Assembly: GCA_963675595.2 (NCBI GenBank)
Contig: CAXXLZ010000002.1
Span: forward strand, 1,440,001 to 1,504,000
Source: Thermodesulfobacteriota bacterium
GTDB taxonomy: Bacteria > Desulfobacterota > Desulfarculia > JACQYL01
DNA: 64,000 nucleotides
Direction: 5' to 3'
Shown piece after piece: positions 32,939 to 43,700 of the stretch (position 1 is the first letter of the stretch; every line of letters begins with the position of its first letter). The position numbers and the translations under genes are program-made. Under the pieces are notes generated by a model. The model was not told the DNA's origin. It did no database searches and saw nothing but the letters and a program-made list of their open reading frames with translations.

Positions 32939-33245
32939 GATGCCGTGGTCGAGAATAACATCATCGGCATATCCCGACATATAGATGACCCTCAACCGCT
33001 CGGACCACTCGGGCACCTCTTGTCCGCCCCGCCGGAACCGGCCGATGCTTTCTCCGGACTTACGCCGCAAAAAAACCGAAACGATTCCGATCAAGGTTAT
33101 GTTACACTGCGGGGTACTCAAACCGTAGTGCCGTGCTCGTGGTCCACCGGAAGACTTCCAGCGCCTCTCAGCACCTCCGTACTCCCGCTAACAAGAGATT
33201 TTTCCACCATACGGCACGGTCGAACCGGGGCTTCCGTTCGCAATC
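32939..33245 (-). pseudogene. decayed receiver-domain remnant
   Basis: isolated LRVIYMSGYADDVILDHGI (matches the C-terminal REC of neighbouring hybrid kinases) and an out-of-frame RMVEKSL fragment. Confidence 0.5.
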
Positions 33246-33330
33246 CGGCCCGACGTCGGGCGACAGGTCTTCGATAGGCATACGCCGACAACCGGATACG
33301 CCTTATCAACCACTCCGAAAGGAACATCAG

Positions 33331-35775
33331 ATGCCCAGAGTCTTGATTGTCGACGACGAAGAGATCATCTGTCGTCTCCTCGCTCGGACCCTTACCGCCA
33401 ACGGGTACGACTGCACTACGGCCACCTCCGCCCGGGGAGGTCGGGCCGCTCTGAAAAAGCAGACTTATGAAGTGGTCCTCTCGGACATCCGAATGCCGGG
33501 GGAATCAGGACTTGATTTCATCGAATTCGTTCTTTCCGAATACCCGGAAACCGCGGCCATCATGGTATCCGTGATGGGCGACCAGGAAATCACGGATAGA
33601 GCGGTGGAAATGGGAGTGTATGGATATATCGTCAAACCGTTCAATTCCGACCAGGTACTGATCAGCGTGGCCAGCGCCCTGCACCGAAGGCGGCTGTTCA
33701 TGGAAAACCGCGCCTATCGAGAAAAGCTTGAAAACTTGGTACTGGAACGCACATCAGCTCTCGAAGCGGCGGTGAAACGCTTGGAACTGATCGAAGACGA
33801 ACTCAGGCAGAGTGAAGAGAAGTACCGCAAGCTCGTGGACAACCTGCCGGCCGTGGTCTACACCAGCCATGCCGACGGTACGATCGACCTGGTGGATAAG
33901 CGAATTGAAGTGTTGACGGGTTATGACCCCGGGCTGTTCCTATCCCATAGGCGGGCATGGTCCAAGATTGTGCACCCCGACGATATTGCCGCATTACGCA
34001 ACGCTTTTCATAACGCCGTGTCTTCCTCGAAAAATTTTGTTCTGGAGTATCGAATTAAGAGGCAGGACGGAACCATTCTTTGGATTCAGGACAGGGGGAG
34101 TATCGTCTGCCGACCGGACGGCGGAATCGACTACGTCAGCGGTGTATTGTTCGATATAACCGACGCAAAGACGGCAAAGGAAGCGCTTGAAAAGGAGAAG
34201 GAGAAATTCCAGTCTCTTGTGGAGAATTTCCCGGTCGGCGTCTCCTTGGTTGGATCCGAGGGATGGTTTCAATACGCAAACCCGAAATTTCATGCCTTGT
34301 TCGGCTATGGGGCGGAAGAAACGGCAAATGAGCAAGCTTGGTTCGAAAACGCCTTTCCCGATTCGAAATGCCGTGAGGCGGCTTTGAAGGCCTGGAACGA
34401 TCGACCGGAGGGAACCGGCACGGAGTGCCCCATCTTGAATACACTGCTTGTAACGAGTGCGGACGGTACGGAAAAGGAGATTCAGTTCAACCGGGTGCCG
34501 CTGGACGACGGAAGTCGCATCGTCATCTATACCGATGTGACCGAACAAAAACGTGCCGAAAACGAATTACGAGAGGCCCACCGGGATGTAGAGCAGTTGC
34601 TTTCCGCGTTCTCGTCGGTACTCATCGGCATCGACGGAGAACAACGCGTCACACGCTGGAACCGGATTGCGGAAGAAGTCCTCGGCGTGCCCGCCGCCGA
34701 GGTGCTCGGAATCCCGTTGCGGGATTGTCCGGTCAACTGGCCCGGGGAAACGATTATGGACGCCGTGTCCAAATGCCGGGACAGAGGGATCCTTATAACT
34801 TTGGACGAAGTCCGATTCACCACCTCGCGCGACGAAGAAAGGTTCCTGAACGTGAGCATCGACCCCATTATGGGGGGAGGCCGTGCTCCCATGGGCGTTC
34901 TTATCGTGGCATCCGATATTACCGAGAAAAAGGTGCTGCAGGCGCAACTGGGTCAAGCCCAGAAACTCGAATCCATCGGACTGCTGGCTGCCGGCATAGC
35001 GCACGAGATCAATACACCCACCCAATATGTGGGGGACAACACCCGATTCCTCCAGGACGCGTTTGACGATCTAATCAAAATCTTGGAGAGTTATCGGGAC
35101 TATATCGCGGCCGTCAAGGCCGGCGGGTCGGAAGAAATCTCCCTGACCGAGATCGAAGATTTGGTGAAAGAGCTCGACCTGGAATACCTCATGGAGGAGG
35201 TGCCCAAGTCCATAGAGGAAAGTCTGCAAGGACTGAGCAGAGTCGCCAAGATCGTCTTGGCTATGAAGGAATTTTCCCATCCGGGGACAAAGGAGAAATC
35301 CCTCGTAGACATCAACAGAGCCATAGAAAGCACGATTACCGTCGCCCGGAACGAATGGAAGTACGTTGCCGATATGGTGACGGATTTCGACACTTCTTTG
35401 CCGCAAGTGCTCTGCCACCCCGGAGATGTCAATCAGGTTATTTTGAATATTATCATCAACGCCGCACACGCCATCAAGGAGATCCTGGGGGAACAGCCTG
35501 AAACCAAAGGGACCATAACGGTGAGAACAAGAAAAGACTCGAACCGCTGTGAAATACGCATTTCGGACACCGGACCGGGAATACCGGAGTCGATCCGAAG
35601 TAAGGTGTTTGATCCTTTCTTCACCACCAAGGATGTGGGAAAAGGAACGGGGCAAGGTCTGGCCTTGTCGCACGACGTGATCGTGGAGAAACATGGAGGA
35701 AGTATCTCTTTTGATACGAGCGAAAAGGGTACAACCTTCATTATCAGACTTCCCATAGAAGACGAGGCAAGGTAG
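33331..35775 (+). CDS. REC-3xPAS histidine kinase (paralog of 22187-25408)
   Basis: MPRVLIVDDE behind AAGGA; LAAGIAHEINTPTQY; FFTTKDVGKGTGQGL. Confidence 0.92.
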   Translation: MPRVLIVDDEEIICRLLARTLTANGYDCTTATSARGGRAALKKQTYEVVLSDIRMPGESGLDFIEFVLSEYPETAAIMVSVMGDQEITDRAVEMGVYGYIVKPFNSDQVLISVASALHRRRLFMENRAYREKLENLVLERTSALEAAVKRLELIEDELRQSEEKYRKLVDNLPAVVYTSHADGTIDLVDKRIEVLTGYDPGLFLSHRRAWSKIVHPDDIAALRNAFHNAVSSSKNFVLEYRIKRQDGTILWIQDRGSIVCRPDGGIDYVSGVLFDITDAKTAKEALEKEKEKFQSLVENFPVGVSLVGSEGWFQYANPKFHALFGYGAEETANEQAWFENAFPDSKCREAALKAWNDRPEGTGTECPILNTLLVTSADGTEKEIQFNRVPLDDGSRIVIYTDVTEQKRAENELREAHRDVEQLLSAFSSVLIGIDGEQRVTRWNRIAEEVLGVPAAEVLGIPLRDCPVNWPGETIMDAVSKCRDRGILITLDEVRFTTSRDEERFLNVSIDPIMGGGRAPMGVLIVASDITEKKVLQAQLGQAQKLESIGLLAAGIAHEINTPTQYVGDNTRFLQDAFDDLIKILESYRDYIAAVKAGGSEEISLTEIEDLVKELDLEYLMEEVPKSIEESLQGLSRVAKIVLAMKEFSHPGTKEKSLVDINRAIESTITVARNEWKYVADMVTDFDTSLPQVLCHPGDVNQVILNIIINAAHAIKEILGEQPETKGTITVRTRKDSNRCEIRISDTGPGIPESIRSKVFDPFFTTKDVGKGTGQGLALSHDVIVEKHGGSISFDTSEKGTTFIIRLPIEDEAR

Positions 35776-35784
35776 GGTACCTTT

Positions 35785-36987
35785 ATGAAGAAGCGGATTC
35801 TCTTTGTCGACGACGAAGTCAACATTCTCCGAGGTCTCCAAAGGATGTTGCGGACTATGCGAAATCAGTGGGATATGACTTTCGCAACCAGCGGCCGAGA
35901 AGCATTGGATATCCTCGACCAGGAGCCCTTCGACGTGGTGATCTCAGACATGCGCATGCCGGGGATGGACGGCGCCGAATTCCTGCAAGAGGTCATGCAA
36001 CGGCATTCACAGATGGTTCGGATCGTGCTCTCGGGCCATGCGGAACGCGAAATGGTGTTGAAAAGTGTGAAGGTGGCCCATCAATATCTGGCCAAACCGT
36101 GTGACGCCCGTACGGTGATCTCCACGGTGGAACGTGCCTGCGCACTCCAGGAAATGCTTACCGATGATCGACTGAAACGGGTGATTTCCAAGGTCGATTC
36201 ACTGCCGAGCCTGCCCTCTCTCTACACCGAAATCGTTCAGGAACTCCGGTCCGACAATGCCTCCATTGGTCGAGTCGGAGAAATCATCTCCAAAGATATT
36301 GGAATGACGGCCAAAATTCTCCAACTCGTCAATTCCGCCTTCTTCGGACTCAGCCGCCATGTGTCCAGTCCCGCTCAAGCGGTGAACCTGCTCGGCATTG
36401 AAACCGTCAAAACACTCGTGCTGGCCGTCCAGGTATTTTCCCGGTTTGACGAGAAAAAACTCGCCGGTTTTTCTCTGGATGCCTTGTGGAGCCACAGCAT
36501 GAGCGTGGGGACCTTTGCCAAGACCGTCGTACGCGAAAGGAAAGAGGAGCAGAGTATGGCCGACCACGCGTTCGTTGCCGGGGTGCTCCATGACGTGGGC
36601 AAGCTGATACTGGCGGCAAACTCCGATAAGTACGGACAGTTCGTAAAGAACGCTCACGAATCCGGTGTTGCCGTGTGGCGGGCCGAGCAGTCGGTTCTCG
36701 GAATCACACACGCCGAAGTGGGCGCCTACCTGTTGGGAATCTGGGGGTTGCCGAATCCGGTCATTGAGGCCGTGGCCTTCCACCATCTTCCACAATGCTC
36801 CATGTGCGATCATTTCAATGCCTTGACCGCCGTGCACGTTGCCGATGCGATCGAAAACGAACTCAACGACACCGACGAGCCCGACCCCGGGGACCGTATG
36901 GACTTGTCCTACCTGGCCGAGATCGGACTAGCGGACGCTGTGCCCGGCTGGAGGATCGTTTGCGAAAACTCCCTCGAGCGTGATTAA
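35785..36987 (+). CDS. REC-HDOD response regulator
   Basis: KRILFVDDE receiver; LPSLP, AKILQLVNSAFFG, LHDVGKL, HAEVGAYLLGIWGLP. Confidence 0.93.
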   Translation: MKKRILFVDDEVNILRGLQRMLRTMRNQWDMTFATSGREALDILDQEPFDVVISDMRMPGMDGAEFLQEVMQRHSQMVRIVLSGHAEREMVLKSVKVAHQYLAKPCDARTVISTVERACALQEMLTDDRLKRVISKVDSLPSLPSLYTEIVQELRSDNASIGRVGEIISKDIGMTAKILQLVNSAFFGLSRHVSSPAQAVNLLGIETVKTLVLAVQVFSRFDEKKLAGFSLDALWSHSMSVGTFAKTVVRERKEEQSMADHAFVAGVLHDVGKLILAANSDKYGQFVKNAHESGVAVWRAEQSVLGITHAEVGAYLLGIWGLPNPVIEAVAFHHLPQCSMCDHFNALTAVHVADAIENELNDTDEPDPGDRMDLSYLAEIGLADAVPGWRIVCENSLERD

Positions 36988-37023
36988 CTTCGCGGCAACG
37001 GTTTGTCGTGTGGAGGAGTCGAC

Positions 37024-38175
37024 GTGGCCTACAAGATGTTGCTCGTGGATGACGACGAAAACCTGCTTTCCTCATACCGCCGTCAGCTTCGGAAGAAATT
37101 CGAAACGGACACAGCCTTAAGCGGCCCCAAAGGACTCGAGTACATTGCCGAGGGCGGGCCGTATTGCATCGTCATTTCCGATTTCCGTATGCCCGGCATG
37201 GACGGTATCCAGTTCCTGAACCGCGTCCGGGAGGCATCCCCCGACTCCATACGAATCCTGCTCACCGGGTATGCCGACATCGAAACCGCCACCAGGGCCG
37301 TCAACGAAAACAACGTTTTCCGACTACTGACCAAGCCGTGCTCTCCGGATGTATTCTCCAAAGCCCTTCTTGACGGGATTCGTCAATACCGACTCATAAC
37401 GGGCGAACGCGAGCTCCTCGAGAAAACCTTGAACGGCTGCATCAAGATGCTGACGGAAATATTGGCCATGGCCAGACCTGAGGCGTTCAGCCGAGCCTCC
37501 CGTATCACCCGATACGTGAACCTCATGTCGCGTGTCTTGGACGATCCCGCGCCTTGGCAAACGGATATGGCGGCCCGGCTTTCACAGATTGGATTGATCA
37601 TGGTGCCGGACGTCGCCTGGGACAAACTGAATCGAGGCAAGCCGCTGACACCGGAGGAAAAACGGATCCAGAACGAACATCCGGCCCTTGCGTCCAACCT
37701 GTTGGCGAACATACCACGCATGGAAGAAATCGCCGAGATCGTCGCATATCAGAAGAAAAATTATGATGGTACGGGAATTCCAAACGATGGCCGCGCCGGC
37801 GAGATGATTCCCCTCGGGTCACGCATCTTGCGCGTGGCTGTGGATTTCGACTATCTGACAGCGGCCGGAGGATCCAAAGGCGAAGCCTACATCAAGCTCA
37901 AACGCAACGCGAAGAGTTACGACCCAAAGGTGATCCGAGCCCTCGCCTTGGTCTTGGGCGACGAAATCAAGTACAACGTAAAGAGTCTGCCCATTCGAGA
38001 CCTTCGTGAAAGGATGATCCTGGCCGAGGACGTGTTCTTGCGCGACGGCGGGAAACTGGTACTGGCGAGAGGTCACGAGTTGACCGAGCCCATTGTCGAT
38101 CGGTTCCGCAAATATCACAAAACTCTCGGCATCAGGGAACCCGTCAAGGTGCTGTTACCCATCGAGATTGTCTGA
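37024..38175 (+). CDS. response regulator with degenerate HD-GYP-like domain
   Basis: GTG behind GGAGG; REC (LLVDDD, SDFRMP); HD replaced (ARLSQIG); YQKKNYDGTGIP; GEMIPLGSRILRVAVDFD. Confidence 0.85.
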   Translation: MAYKMLLVDDDENLLSSYRRQLRKKFETDTALSGPKGLEYIAEGGPYCIVISDFRMPGMDGIQFLNRVREASPDSIRILLTGYADIETATRAVNENNVFRLLTKPCSPDVFSKALLDGIRQYRLITGERELLEKTLNGCIKMLTEILAMARPEAFSRASRITRYVNLMSRVLDDPAPWQTDMAARLSQIGLIMVPDVAWDKLNRGKPLTPEEKRIQNEHPALASNLLANIPRMEEIAEIVAYQKKNYDGTGIPNDGRAGEMIPLGSRILRVAVDFDYLTAAGGSKGEAYIKLKRNAKSYDPKVIRALALVLGDEIKYNVKSLPIRDLRERMILAEDVFLRDGGKLVLARGHELTEPIVDRFRKYHKTLGIREPVKVLLPIEIV

Positions 38176-39120
38176 CTCGGTCGGGAGTGGAGTGGAAGAG
38201 ATCGTCTGCGTGCTCAGCACCTCCCTCACCGAAGCGGCCAACCCTTTGAAGGTAAAAGGCTTCTGAATGAATTTCGTACCCACATCCAACACACCGTGGT
38301 GTGCGATGACGTCCGCGGTATAGCCGGACGTGAACAAGATTTTCAGGTTCGGATACAGAAGTTGGAGCCGATCCGCCAACTCCCGGCCGTTCATTTCGGG
38401 CATCACCACGTCGGTGATGAGAAGATGCAGCTCACCGGAGTGTTTCTCCGCCGCTTGGACGGCGTCTCGGGGTGTGGCGGAGGCCAGGACTCCGTATCCC
38501 AGCCTCTGCAGCATGGTTTTGGCCATATTCAAAATGGCTTCCTCGTCTTCGACCAGGAGAATGGTTTCATGGCCCCGAAGAACCGGCTCCGTCGTCTTTT
38601 CCTTTCGGACTTCTTGGCCCGCGGGCATGTGCCTGGGTAAATGAATACGGAACACGGTTCCTCGACCGGGTTCGCTGTGCACACCGATATACCCGTTATT
38701 CTGCTTCACGATGCCGTAAACCGTGGCCAACCCGAGGCCGGTGCCTTTGCCGGCGCCCTTGGTGGTGAAGAACGGTTCAAAAAGATTGCCCAGCGTCTCT
38801 TGATCCATGCCGCAACCGTTGTCGCTCACCGACAGCAAAACGTATTCTCCCGGCATGAGTCCCGCACGGGTCGAACAATAGTCATCCCCGAAAACGACGT
38901 TCTCCGTCCGAATGGTCACCTTACCTTTATCCGCTATGGCGTCACGCGCGTTGACGCATAGATTGGCCAAAATCTGATCAATCTGAGTGGGGTCCATTTT
39001 GACTCATCTTTGACAGTTGGAGGGTGAAAAAGTGGGCCTCTCCCGCCTAACTTACCGAAATGATTAGGCTGGCCTTTTTCCGAGGCTCCAAACGTAGTGC
39101 CAATATGTCCGATTTTTTCC

Positions 39121-39150
39121 TTGACTCCGCCGACCTGTATTCCGTACAAT
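39121..39150 (+). promoter_or_regulatory. putative sigma70 promoter of the transposase (probably leaderless)
   Basis: TTGACT-18 bp-TACAAT, ATG only 7 nt downstream, no Shine-Dalgarno. Confidence 0.55.
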
Positions 39151-39157
39151 TTGTTTC

Positions 39158-40768
39158 ATGTTTGCACGCGTCAAAAAGGTCAAAAGCGGCGGATCCGAGC
39201 ATGAATATCTTCAGATCGTGGAGAACTATCGCCAGGATAAGAAGGTAAAACAGAAAGTTATATGTACACTGGGTCGTCTCGACAAGCTCCGTGAATCGGG
39301 TGCCTTGGACGGGGTTCTTACCAGTCTCGCCAAGTTCTCCACCCGGAATCAAGTCATCAATCTTTATAAGGAAGGTAGTGTCAAGGCAGACTGGGCCAAG
39401 TCCTGGGGAACCGTTCTGGTGATCGAGAAACTCTGGAAGACCTTGGGGCTCGATGTGGTACTCCGATCTCTCGCTTCTCGCTCCGATTATCGCTTCGATC
39501 TGGAGCGCGCGGTCTTTGCCTGTGTCTGCCAACGCTTGGTCCGTCCGGGATCCGATCTCGCCGCGAGCCGTTGGATTCAGAACGTCCACGGTGAAGGCTT
39601 CGACGACCTGGAACTTCAGCACCTCTATCGATCCATGGATTTCCTGGCCGAATATCAGCCCGAAATCGAGAAGGAACTTTTCCGTCGGGGGCGCGACCTC
39701 TTCGATTACGGGGTGGATCTCGTTTTCTTCGACACCACCTCGGTCTACTTCGAGGGCCGGGGGCCTGCCGAGTTGGCTCGGTACGGGTTCTCCAAGGACC
39801 ATCGTCCAGACCGCAAACAGGTGTTGGTGGGTGTGGTCATGTCCCGAAAAGGATATCCCCTTTCCTGTCAGTTCTGGGAAGGGAACACGGCGGACGTCAC
39901 CACCATCAAACGCATCATCGCCCTGGTCAAGCGTCGGTTCTCCCTGAACAACGTGGTCCTGGTCTCGGACCGCGGCATGGTCGGCGTCGACAATCTGGTG
40001 GAACTGGAGCGTGCCGGTATCGACTACATCGTGGGCATCCCCATGCGCCGTTACCAGGATGTCCGAGGCCAAGTGGTGGACACTCCGGGCTACTACCAAG
40101 CGCTCACTCCCACCTTGTGGTTCAAGGAGATTCATCTGAACGGATGCCGTTACGTCCTCTGTTACAACCAAGACCAAGCGGCCAAAGACGAGGCCACCCG
40201 ATCGGCCCTTGTGGAAAAACTGAAAACCACCCTGAAAAAACAGGGGCCCCAGTCTCTGGTGGGAAACAAGGGCTTCAGGAAATTCATCAAGCTCGACCGG
40301 GAAACCGTGCGCATCGATCCCGCCAAGGTCAAGGACGACGCCCGCTTCGACGGCAAGTATGTTCTCCTCACCAGTACCGACATTCCCGCCGATGAAGTCG
40401 CGGTCACCTACAAACGCCTGTGGCAGGTGGAAAGAGCCTTCCGGGACCTCAAATCGGCCCTGGAAGTCAGGCCCGTGTTCCACCAACGGTGTCAACGCGT
40501 TCAAGGTCACATCTTCTGCAATTTCCTGGCCCTATACCTGAAGATCGCGCTGCAGAAACAGCTCAAGACCAAAGAAATCGACATCCCCTGGGACCAAGTT
40601 CTCCTGGACCTCGAAGCCTTCAAAGCCATCCATCTACAGGTCACGGAGAAGTCCTACCTCCTCAGAACGGAATTCCAGGGCCGCGCCTACCACATCTTCC
40701 AAGCCGTCGGCCTCAAACCGCCGCCCACTTTGCAGACTCTCCAGGAGCACCAAAACGTAGTGCCATAA
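39158..40768 (+). CDS. IS1634-family DDE transposase
   Basis: YLQIVENYR N-terminus, FFDTTSVYFEG, YGFSKDHRPD, VSDRGM, FDGKYVL, YKRLWQVERAFRDLK. Confidence 0.93.
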   Translation: MFARVKKVKSGGSEHEYLQIVENYRQDKKVKQKVICTLGRLDKLRESGALDGVLTSLAKFSTRNQVINLYKEGSVKADWAKSWGTVLVIEKLWKTLGLDVVLRSLASRSDYRFDLERAVFACVCQRLVRPGSDLAASRWIQNVHGEGFDDLELQHLYRSMDFLAEYQPEIEKELFRRGRDLFDYGVDLVFFDTTSVYFEGRGPAELARYGFSKDHRPDRKQVLVGVVMSRKGYPLSCQFWEGNTADVTTIKRIIALVKRRFSLNNVVLVSDRGMVGVDNLVELERAGIDYIVGIPMRRYQDVRGQVVDTPGYYQALTPTLWFKEIHLNGCRYVLCYNQDQAAKDEATRSALVEKLKTTLKKQGPQSLVGNKGFRKFIKLDRETVRIDPAKVKDDARFDGKYVLLTSTDIPADEVAVTYKRLWQVERAFRDLKSALEVRPVFHQRCQRVQGHIFCNFLALYLKIALQKQLKTKEIDIPWDQVLLDLEAFKAIHLQVTEKSYLLRTEFQGRAYHIFQAVGLKPPPTLQTLQEHQNVVP

Positions 40769-43700
40769 ACCTTTCCTTTTCGTCTAAGCAGCTGAAATTA
40801 CTGCATTAGTTTTTTTGAACTGTCAAAGATCAGTTTGACGGACCACAGGTTCTTGCCCGGCAACCATGCCAAGTCAATGTTTTCCCCCATGAGGCGCCGA
40901 AGCATTTTGAGAATCCCTTCCACGGTCCCGTTCAAGTCGAGTACTTTCGGACTGATGGTCTGTTTCCTGGCGAAAGCCAGAAGTTGCCGTGTAAGGTCCG
41001 CGGAGCGCTGGGCCGCTTTTTGGATTTCCTCCAAATCGGCGAAAAGCGCTTCACCCGGCTCCGTCTGTTCGAGGGCCAATTCCGTATGTCCCAAGATGAC
41101 ACCCAGCATGTTGTTGAAATCGTGCGCCACGCCGCCGGCCAAACGACCCACGGATTCCATCTTCTGCGCCTGGTTCAACTGCGCGCGCAGGTTCTCCCGC
41201 TCCTCCTCCGCCAACTTGCGGTCCGTGATGTCGGTGAAGATACACGCAAACCGACCAGGCATCGGCCTGAAAGCCATTACCTCGAAATGCTTTCCCAATT
41301 CCTGCGTGTAACTCTCGAAGAAGGCCGGTTTCCCGGTCAGCGCCACCCGGCCGTAAGTTTCGATCCAATAAGGCTCGATTTCCGGAAAGATTTCCAACAC
41401 GGTTCCACCCACCGCTTGGTCCGCCGTCAATCCGGTCATGCGTTCGAAAGCGGGGTTCACAGCCAAAAAGCGGTAATCGACGGGCGTTCCCGACTTGTCG
41501 CAAATGATTTCATGCAGCGCGAACCCATTGAGCATCTCCCGAAACAGAATTTCGTAATCCTGCTTCAAGCGGCGTTCTTCGGTGATGTCGCGGCTGACGG
41601 CGAGAACCGACCGCACGGTTCCTTGTGCGTCGGTTTCCGGAATCAACCGCCTGTTGAAAACGGTCGGACCCCGCTTGGTCTCGACGGTGCATTCCGCTTC
41701 GAAAGGCGTTGCTCTATCGAAAACCTTCCGGACTGATTCCTCCCAGAAACGACGGTCTTCTTCCGGGAGGCCCGCCTCGCCGTGGGTTTTACCCACCAAC
41801 CCCTCCGCCTTGAACGCGTACCAATCGTCGATGTTTTCCGAAACAAACAGCCGGCGCCCGTCCCGGTCGAAGCGCATCACAATATCCGGCAGTCCCGACA
41901 CCAACGCCCGATACGTCTCTTCCCGCTCCCGGAGGATTTCAGCGGTTTGCCTCTGCACCAAACCGATGGACAGATTCGATGCCAGACGCTCGAACAATCC
42001 GATCTTCGCCTCATCGAAGCGATTCCTACGGGAATCGTTGATTTGCAGCAGACCCAGGCTGCGGGACCCATGACGGAGGGGGATCAAAGCCACGGATTCA
42101 TACCCCTCCCCATGGCAGCGGTTGCGGGTTCTGGCCTGCCGATCCTCCTCAGTGGTGGAAGCCAGGAGTTCGGTTGTGCTGTTGGTCCAGAAGCTTCCGT
42201 TTTCGGTGAAGAAGGGAAGTCCGGCATCGAAACGCCCGCGGATCACGTTACCGCACATACACTCAAGCACCGGATTTCCCTGGGCGTCGCGAATCGGTTC
42301 TCCATGCGAGTCCAGCGCACACAGTCGCGACTCCGCTCGAACGAACTCGGCTGGAAAACCCGAGGTCAAGTAGTAGGGATAGTCTTCACCCTCCAGGAGT
42401 CGAATGCCCACCGCTTCACACCCCGACCAACTCCGCAGCAGGCTCGTCACGTCTCGCATGAGACTCTGCATTCCGTTGGGTTGTGCCAGCAACCGAAGCA
42501 AATTCAAGGTGATCTCACGTTCAGCCTCCACCCTTCTTCGTTCCGTGACGTCTTCTCCCACGGACTGAAAGGCGACGATGTTTCCTCGTTCATCGAACAA
42601 TGCCCGGTCCGTCCGGCGCTGACGGCGAACCTCACTTCCGGGCGCAATCACCGAGTGCTCGGTGGTACGTGTGGGAGATTCGGGGGTCAGAGCCGTCAGA
42701 CTCGCCATGACCCTTTCGCGCTCCTCTCCCGGGATGAGCAGAAGAAAGGAAGAACCGACCAACTCCATGGATGTCTTCCCGAAATAACTGCAATACGCTT
42801 CGTTTACATAGGTGATCTCGCAATCGTGAAGAAACCTGCAGATCATGATGGGTGCATCCTCCGCGATGGCCCGATACCGCTCTTCACTCTCATGCAATGC
42901 TTCGTCGGCCCATCTGCGCTCCAAAGCATTGGTGAAGGTTTCACCCACAAGGCGCAGCAAGGAGAGGTCCTGGTTCGTCCAGACTCGTGGCTTACGCACC
43001 GCATCAAAGCCCAGAAAGCCCACCAGTTGCTCACCCGAGGTCATGGGCACCGCAACCAATGAGCGGATGCCCTGGGCCTCAAAGTGCTCCCGTTCGAGCC
43101 GGGCTTCGTGCGGCATCGCGGATACGTCCGGTTGGTAGAAGACCTCGTGCCTTCTGATACGCTCGGCAAACCACGGCAATTCCTCATCCAGCGGGATGCT
43201 CTTAAGGTTCTCCTTCTCCGGTTCAACGCCTTCGGCGCACCATTCGTGGGTATTGTCCGCCAGTGTTCCATCCTTGTGCATCAAGAAGACGTAGGCACGA
43301 TCCGCCCCGGTAAAAGCACCGATGGAAGCCAGGGCACGCTCGATGGCGACGTCGAGATCATCCACCCCGAGTCCCACGAATTCGGACGAAATTTCACTCA
43401 CCAACCGCTCGAATTCCACTCGACGAGATAGATCTCTTTCCGCACGCCTGCGTTCGGTGATGTCCATATGGGAGCCGAGAACTCGAAACGGGCGGCCGGC
43501 CTCGTCGCGCATAACCGTCCCACGGGCCAAAATATACCGGTACGAACCGTTTTTATGTTTGAAACGAAATTCCGACTCATATTGATTGGAGGACGACTCC
43601 AGCAGCAAACGCAGGGTTTCGAGCGCTTGCGCCGAATCGTCGGGATGGACCCGGTTCTCCCATTCCGAAAAATCGTTCCCGATCTCGTTTTCCTCGTATC

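Larger units (their letters stand above)
39003..40833 (+). mobile_element. IS1634-family insertion sequence (1831 bp)
   Basis: 16-bp terminal IRs CTCATCTTTGACAGTT (39003-39018) / AACTGTCAAAGATCAG (40818-40833), 1 mismatch; flanking duplication TTTGA (38998-39002, 40834-40838). Confidence 0.92.
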
